A DNA stretch of 64,000 bases, taken from assembly GCA_023663145.1 (NCBI GenBank), contig JAMPHZ010000007.1, positions 23,028 to 87,027 of the forward strand, given 5' to 3'. The position numbers and the translations under genes are program-made. This stretch comes from Odoribacter sp. (GTDB taxonomy: Bacteria > Bacteroidota > Bacteroidia > Bacteroidales > Muribaculaceae). The notes beneath the pieces were generated by a model. The model was not told the origin of the DNA. It saw only the letters and a list, made by a program, of their open reading frames with translations, and made no database searches. Shown one piece after another: positions 58,853 to 64,000 of this stretch (its first letter is position 1; every line of letters starts with the position of its first letter).

Positions 58853-60789
58853 TAAGAGACGCGTATTATTTCAATCCCCCAAGATTTAGCCTTCTCTATT
58901 AGACGCTGCATATGCTGTTTCCTTAGCTGGGCCGAAACATAGAACTTTCGCCCGTCTGAAGTTTCAAATAGTTTTGAAGCTCTACTTTTAGAAATATCTG
59001 GGCGAGCATTAAACGTCTCTTCTGTTTCTAATGCGTGTTTAGGCAGTCCAAAGCTATTCCATTCTGATATAGCAGCTTCAGTGGAAATATCCGGATTTTT
59101 ATCAAAATATATTTTCAATGCAGCCAGGACGGTGTCAATCATATATGATTGTTTTTCGCCGTTGACTGTAAATGTTGGTTGAACCCAATCTCCGTCGCTA
59201 TTCTGGAGCAAACCTTCATGTCCCAAATCTGAATCGCCATCAACACCGTCTTCTTCATTACCTGTGGTAATAATGGGCCTCATTCCAAGATTATTGAGGA
59301 AGCGTTCAATCTGCGCTTCGTTTGCTTCGCCCGTTTCGTCGAAGTAAGAAGCAAAGGTCATGGGTTGCCCGTCGGTACCTTTGAAGTAATCCTCGTCAAA
59401 GCCAAAGTCTTTGAACACATCATTATAGAGAAAGAAGATTACTTTTGACAAGAAACGGTCGGCAGTGATAATACCGTCCTTTGACTTGGCAAAGAAGTAG
59501 CCGAGTTTCTTATCCTCCTGCTGTATTTCTCCTCCCTCGATGCGATTGTTGATTTCGGTAACGAAACTCCACCAATCGTAGACGTTCCCATTAGAAAATA
59601 CAATCTTGTAATCTTTCTTCGCGTCTTTGATTTTGATGTACTTCCAATCCCAACGACGTTTGAAAGCGGAGTCAATCGGGAACAACGATTGGTCAGAGGT
59701 GTTCATCGTTGCCCATATATAGAGGTTGTTCGGCAGAAGAAGCTGCTTGCCGCTTTTGACGCTGTCGACAACATCTTTACCTCCCTTATAAAGCGAGTTA
59801 ATGGCTTCGGGATTGGCGACACTCAATTTCTCGAATTCGCGTTTAAGTTCCTGAGCGAGGTCGTCGTCAGCAACAATCGGATAATCTGAGTAGCCGGACT
59901 CGTTGCGGTCAAGCAATTGGAATATGTCACCAAAAATCTGAGCGCAGTTGCCTCGGTTGATTTCCTCCACAACGAGGAACACCGGCTTAGGGTTTTCGTT
60001 TTGTTGCTCTCTCCACGCTGCGATGTATGCTTTCAGGAAGGCTTGGAAAACGTAAGTGTAAACAATACGTTTTTCAAGGTATGCATTACCTTGTTGGTCG
60101 TATTTTGTTACGACCTCCGTAATTGGTTTGTATGAACCTACGAAAGAGGCGTAATCGGTGTCAGGGTGGAAAGTTGTTCGGTAATTCTCATATTGAGCGC
60201 AGGCTTCGTTAATCTTAAATGACTTGCCTGTGCCCGGAGCGCCAAAGAATATCTGCTGTAACGGTTCGCTGAGTTTGGCCGGGGTATCCGTTATCTCTTC
60301 AACATCAATTGGAGCATCCAATTCTTCCTGGGATGTTATGACACGAATAGATAATTGTCCATCTTGGCTCTTGCAGAAGTCCAATTGAGTATGTTTTTCT
60401 ATTAAGAATGACCGCAAATTAAACCCATTAGAGAGTTTCAATCCATTCAAGTAGTTTCTTCCGTCATCTCTTTTGAGGTGACCAACAGTATAAAGTACAG
60501 AATCATTATCACCAAATGCTGATTGAATTTGAGATAAGAGTTTTGGATATATGCTGAGTAGGTTTGCTGGAGATGTTTCTTTTTTATAGTATAGAGGCAG
60601 AAGTACGCATACATAACTTAATGCAAGTATCAAATCTTGCTTGTATATTCTAAATGCGACTTCACCACTCTCATCAGAAATGAAATTGGAAATTTCCGTA
60701 GAAAGGTTGATGCTTGTTTCGTTGGAGCTGCTTGGTGTCAACTTGAAATCAACATCTTGTCGTGAAACGATTTTTGAAAGTTTATTCAT
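58852..60789 (-). CDS. McrB-like AAA+ GTPase (LlaJI R1-like) with N- and C-terminal accessory domains
   Basis: GAPGTGKS Walker A, VEEINRGN Walker B, TMNTSDQ NxxD signature, FKRRW; TAATG overlap with the nuclease gene. Confidence 0.88.
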   Translation of the reverse strand: MNKLSKIVSRQDVDFKLTPSSSNETSINLSTEISNFISDESGEVAFRIYKQDLILALSYVCVLLPLYYKKETSPANLLSIYPKLLSQIQSAFGDNDSVLYTVGHLKRDDGRNYLNGLKLSNGFNLRSFLIEKHTQLDFCKSQDGQLSIRVITSQEELDAPIDVEEITDTPAKLSEPLQQIFFGAPGTGKSFKINEACAQYENYRTTFHPDTDYASFVGSYKPITEVVTKYDQQGNAYLEKRIVYTYVFQAFLKAYIAAWREQQNENPKPVFLVVEEINRGNCAQIFGDIFQLLDRNESGYSDYPIVADDDLAQELKREFEKLSVANPEAINSLYKGGKDVVDSVKSGKQLLLPNNLYIWATMNTSDQSLFPIDSAFKRRWDWKYIKIKDAKKDYKIVFSNGNVYDWWSFVTEINNRIEGGEIQQEDKKLGYFFAKSKDGIITADRFLSKVIFFLYNDVFKDFGFDEDYFKGTDGQPMTFASYFDETGEANEAQIERFLNNLGMRPIITTGNEEDGVDGDSDLGHEGLLQNSDGDWVQPTFTVNGEKQSYMIDTVLAALKIYFDKNPDISTEAAISEWNSFGLPKHALETEETFNARPDISKSRASKLFETSDGRKFYVSAQLRKQHMQRLIEKAKSWGIEIIRVS

Positions 60790-61859
60790 TTGTGTGAGAG
60801 ATTTAAGTGAATGAACAAGTAGTAGAGAACTGCGTATATTACATTAACGCTGACGGCGTTTCCCGCTTGTTTGTATAATGCTCCATCGCAAACTTTAGCG
60901 TGTTGAGCATTATTGACAAACTGAGCAGTAAAACCTTGAAGGGCAAACGCCTCATGAGGCGTTAACTTACGAATAGGCTGCTTTGCGAGTTCCTCTTTAG
61001 AGAAAACCCGTGAGAGGTACTCAATAGGGTTTTCAGAATGGATAAAACCATCACTGTAATAATTATCTTGACAGGCGCGGTGCATTTTATGCATGGTTGC
61101 AGTCAAGGGACGAGCAATAATTTGATTGATTTCAGATTTAGATACAAAGTTTTTCGAGCCATCAGCCAACAGTGTCGGTTTAATCTTTTCAGATAGATAA
61201 TATTTAGAGGGCACCTCCTTAGCAAGAACATCCAATACGGAATTTTGAAGGATTAGCGATGAAAATTCAGACAGGTGTTCATGAAAAAGATTTGCTATTT
61301 CTTCTGCCTTGAATGAGAAATTCTTTCCAAGGTTATCAGTTGTAGCAAAAATAATGACACGGCTGCGTTTTTGGGCAAGTTGGAAATCTATTGAATTAAA
61401 TACATCGAAATAAACATTGTAACCAAGTTTCTTGAGTCTACGATGTATCTCCTTAAATGTATTACCCTTGTCGTGAGAAAGCAAATTCTTAACATTTTCG
61501 AGGATTACGAAGCGGGGACGTTTCAGATTGAGAATTGTCTCAATCTGAAAAAACATAGTTCCTCTGCTATCCTCAAATCCTTTCTGTTTGCCCATCATGC
61601 TAAAAGCTTGACAAGGGAAACCTCCTGTAAGCAAATCGAAATCTATATTGTTGTATCGAGATAGATTTGAATTAAACTCTACTATGTCTCCCATCTCAAT
61701 TTCATTTGAGGTGTCAAAGTTTGCCTTATAAGTTTTGGTGGCATTAGCATCTATTTCAGAAAAGGCTTGACAATCAAATGTAAAGTCGAAGTCTTTCTGT
61801 ATATTCTCCATGGCCGTCCTAAAACCGCCTACACCAGCAAATAATTCAATATGTTTCAT
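60786..61859 (-). CDS. DNA (cytosine-5) methyltransferase M2
   Basis: ELFAGVGG, GDI, GGFPCQAFS, LENVKNL, QKRSRV, LYKQAGNAV. Confidence 0.93.
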   Translation of the reverse strand: MKHIELFAGVGGFRTAMENIQKDFDFTFDCQAFSEIDANATKTYKANFDTSNEIEMGDIVEFNSNLSRYNNIDFDLLTGGFPCQAFSMMGKQKGFEDSRGTMFFQIETILNLKRPRFVILENVKNLLSHDKGNTFKEIHRRLKKLGYNVYFDVFNSIDFQLAQKRSRVIIFATTDNLGKNFSFKAEEIANLFHEHLSEFSSLILQNSVLDVLAKEVPSKYYLSEKIKPTLLADGSKNFVSKSEINQIIARPLTATMHKMHRACQDNYYSDGFIHSENPIEYLSRVFSKEELAKQPIRKLTPHEAFALQGFTAQFVNNAQHAKVCDGALYKQAGNAVSVNVIYAVLYYLFIHLNLSHK

Positions 61860-62992
61860 AGGAATGATGCTATTGCTGTTCCAATTACATATGCAAGTTT
61901 GACAGGTACAGCATTACCTATCTGAGCATACCACATATTTTGAGCACCATAAAAAATGAAATCATCAGGGAATGTTTGTATTCGGGCTGCTTCTCTCGGA
62001 GAGAGACCACGAGAATACCAAGGATGGATATACATATTGCAATCATATCTCATATGAGAAGTGATTGTCTTACAAATTCGGTCGTCTTGTAACTTAAAAT
62101 ATTTATCTTTGAATATATCATTTCGACGGGAGTAAGGCATTATATCTGCAATGGATGGATGTAACGAATTACCACCTTGTGGTAGTCTTGTGTATATTTC
62201 AACATCGCGCGGATTATTATACCTGTTCTTATGATTGTATAGAATGTCTATTTGACGGTCTCCGTTAATGAACTGGTAAAATTTTGTATTAGGATACTGA
62301 AAAGGTATTTGGGTGTACCCCGAAATATCATTTTCAATATCATTTTTTCCTTTTTCAGCCTTAACACCCAAAGATGGGAGTCCGAAAAGCGCATCACCTA
62401 AAACAAATGAAGGATGTTTCATTGAGAAGATTTTATCAAAAATTTTCTCGGGATCAATCCCTAAGCGGTTTCCGATTACAATGAATCGCTCCCTGTGCTG
62501 AGGGACACCATAATCTTCTGCAAGAAGCAACTTACCTGTAAACTGGTATTGATGGCTATCGGAATTAAGAAAAGTATTAAAGTCGGTTTCAATTTCGTTC
62601 CACCGTGATTGCATCCCTCGAACATTTTCCATTATAAAAAATTGAGGTCTAACTTTGCAAAGAAATTTAAGATACTCCTTGTAAAGCATATTTCGGGGAT
62701 CATCAATAATACGTTGGCGATTGGCCATAGAGAATCCTTGGCACGGTGGACCTCCGCAAACAAGACTTATACCATTAAATTTTTCAGAGGAGGCAGGGAG
62801 ATGTGAATTTAATTCGCATATATCTCCAATAAAACAATCATCCGAAGAAAGATTGCGATTGTGCCGATATGTTTCGCAGAACTGAGGAACGATTTCATTT
62901 ACAAGTACAGGTGTGAAGCCGGCTTGTTCGAGGCCCAAAGAGAGACCTCCACATCCGGCAAACAAATCTATAAAATCTAATCGTTTCCTCAT
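61856..62992 (-). CDS. DNA (cytosine-5) methyltransferase M1 (likely start 62992)
   Basis: DLFAGCGG, GGPPCQGFS, MENVRG, YGVPQHRER, REAARIQTFPD, QIGNAVP. Confidence 0.93.
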   Translation of the reverse strand: MRKRLDFIDLFAGCGGLSLGLEQAGFTPVLVNEIVPQFCETYRHNRNLSSDDCFIGDICELNSHLPASSEKFNGISLVCGGPPCQGFSMANRQRIIDDPRNMLYKEYLKFLCKVRPQFFIMENVRGMQSRWNEIETDFNTFLNSDSHQYQFTGKLLLAEDYGVPQHRERFIVIGNRLGIDPEKIFDKIFSMKHPSFVLGDALFGLPSLGVKAEKGKNDIENDISGYTQIPFQYPNTKFYQFINGDRQIDILYNHKNRYNNPRDVEIYTRLPQGGNSLHPSIADIMPYSRRNDIFKDKYFKLQDDRICKTITSHMRYDCNMYIHPWYSRGLSPREAARIQTFPDDFIFYGAQNMWYAQIGNAVPVKLAYVIGTAIASFL

Positions 62993-63268
62993 AAATGAAA
63001 ACAAGAAAACTTCCAAGTAGGCAGACAGGCGACCAAACCTTTTGCGACTACAAGGAAGTTCCTTTATATGTTTTTATATAAGTTATTACTTACATATGTA
63101 CGGTCATTTGTCTGCGCGAGCGCGTTTTAGATTGCAAAATTACAAAAAATTTTCGAGATTTCCTAATCATGGAACACAGTTAACATACCGGTTAACACTC
63201 TGACCGTCTGAGCCTCACAAATTACGCAGCCTCCTACATTAGTGTCTTTATCTATAGAGGAGAATCAT

Positions 63269-63769
63269 TTAGCCACCATATGGCATGTTTGGTTCTGCTG
63301 CTATTGTTCTATTGTCAATTTCATTGGATTGATAGTGTGTAATATTGGATGATTGTGTTATGCTGGCATAAAGCTGTTGGAGAGTTTCCTCGCGTCTGGC
63401 TTTTGTCCGAATCTCACATTCCCATATTCGTATCACTCTCCATCCTGCAAGTTTGAGGTCAACATTGTTGGCGTAGTCTCGTGCAATGTTCATCGCAATC
63501 TTATGCCTCCAGAAGTCAATGTTTGATTTTGGCAACCGAAAGTATTTGCAGTTTTTATGACCATGCCAGAAACATCCGTCAATGAATACGACAGTCTTAT
63601 ATTTCTTCAAGACAATATCGGGTGACCCCGGCAGTTTACGATTGTAGACACGATAACGCAGACCGCGAGAGAAAAGATACTTCCGCACAATCATCTCCGG
63701 CGTCGTATCCTTCCCCTTGATAGCTGCCATATTCTGGCTTCGTTGTTCAGGAGTCTTTATATCTGTCAT
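63269..63769 (-). CDS. vsr: Very short patch repair endonuclease
   Basis: D..TPEQRS.NM.AIK.KDT.PE, LPGSPDI, FIDGCFWHGH, GWRVIRIWECE. Confidence 0.93.
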   Translation of the reverse strand: MTDIKTPEQRSQNMAAIKGKDTTPEMIVRKYLFSRGLRYRVYNRKLPGSPDIVLKKYKTVVFIDGCFWHGHKNCKYFRLPKSNIDFWRHKIAMNIARDYANNVDLKLAGWRVIRIWECEIRTKARREETLQQLYASITQSSNITHYQSNEIDNRTIAAEPNMPYGG

Positions 63770-64000
63770 TTACTCAATAGTAAGCAAACCTTGCCTATTG
63801 ATGTGGCGTGACAACTTTGAGAGAACTTCAGCTAAAACAACTTGTTTCAATCGAAGGTTACTATTCCCTTTGTCTTCTTTTTCTGATGTGAGATAGCGAA
63901 AGTCTAGTATAAAGAAATAGTCATCTTCTTTTTTGCGATAATAGAAATTGGGGGATATAAATAATGCATCGCTATTATTATTAAACCATTTACGGTATTC
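63770..64000 (-). CDS. C-terminal 76 aa of a gene running off the window (not in ORF track), possibly a receiver-domain-like partner of an R-M-associated HATPase
   Basis: Open frame EYRKWFNN...FILDFRYLTS...RLKQVVLAEVLSKLSRHINRQGLLTIE*, with TAA directly abutting the vsr ATG (TAAATG). The family call is a tentative recall. Confidence 0.5.
   Translation of the reverse strand, partial: EYRKWFNNNSDALFISPNFYYRKKEDDYFFILDFRYLTSEKEDKGNSNLRLKQVVLAEVLSKLSRHINRQGLLTIE

Noticed and set aside
235-63769. Numerous long antisense or alternate-frame ORFs in the track (e.g. 1905-2345, 10823-11380, 38186-38761, 48396-49193, 57305-58009)
   Set aside because: They overlap well-supported genes, lack motifs and start context, and are the expected shadows of ~50% GC coding DNA.
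1-64000. rRNA, tRNA, CRISPR array or IS transposase
   Set aside because: None recognised by eye; tRNAscan-SE, cmscan and ISEScan would be needed to exclude degenerate cases.

Overview
This is a Bacteroidales chromosome segment of about 50% GC. TAnnTTTG-type -7 promoters, a T9SS-type C-terminal signal and gldH/lnb/DUF4290 gene content support that assignment; Muribaculaceae is my inference. Positions 1-52400 are mostly core or semi-core genes: partial sulP, dcp, an AmyE-like GH13 amylase, a lipoprotein plus DUF5723 barrel pair, a BspA-type LRR surface protein, comEC, yeiH, aroE, EEP, two rhomboids, nagA, secA, an alkaline-phosphatase-like gene, lnb, queE/queD, cca, pepP, HAD, gldH, ricT/PSP1, rny, zapA, hpf, xerC, rpsU, rho, HU, bS22 (absent from the ORF track), rne/rng, cupin/HxlR/DUF5131, OmpA, rimM, aguA/aguB and an E. 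coli-like 7-alpha-HSDH. From about 52400 to the window end lies an accessory region. It starts with gene remnants (acetyltransferase tail, rhuM pseudogene) and a Zn-ADH. A defence island follows on the minus strand: partial upstream ORF, vsr, two m5C methyltransferases, McrB-like GTPase, LlaJI/McrC-like nuclease, kwaA, kwaB (Kiwa). The most notable unexplained signals are (i) a ~310-nt leader with two mutually exclusive long-range folds and a terminator upstream of the LRR gene, (ii) Kiwa closely appended to an LlaJI-like R-M operon with GC-mosaic specificity modules, (iii) a promoter- and terminator-bounded candidate sRNA near 2.9 kb, and (iv) a structured leader before rne/rng. I saw no rRNA, tRNA, CRISPR array or intact transposase. 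All family calls are from motif recognition by eye, not database searches.
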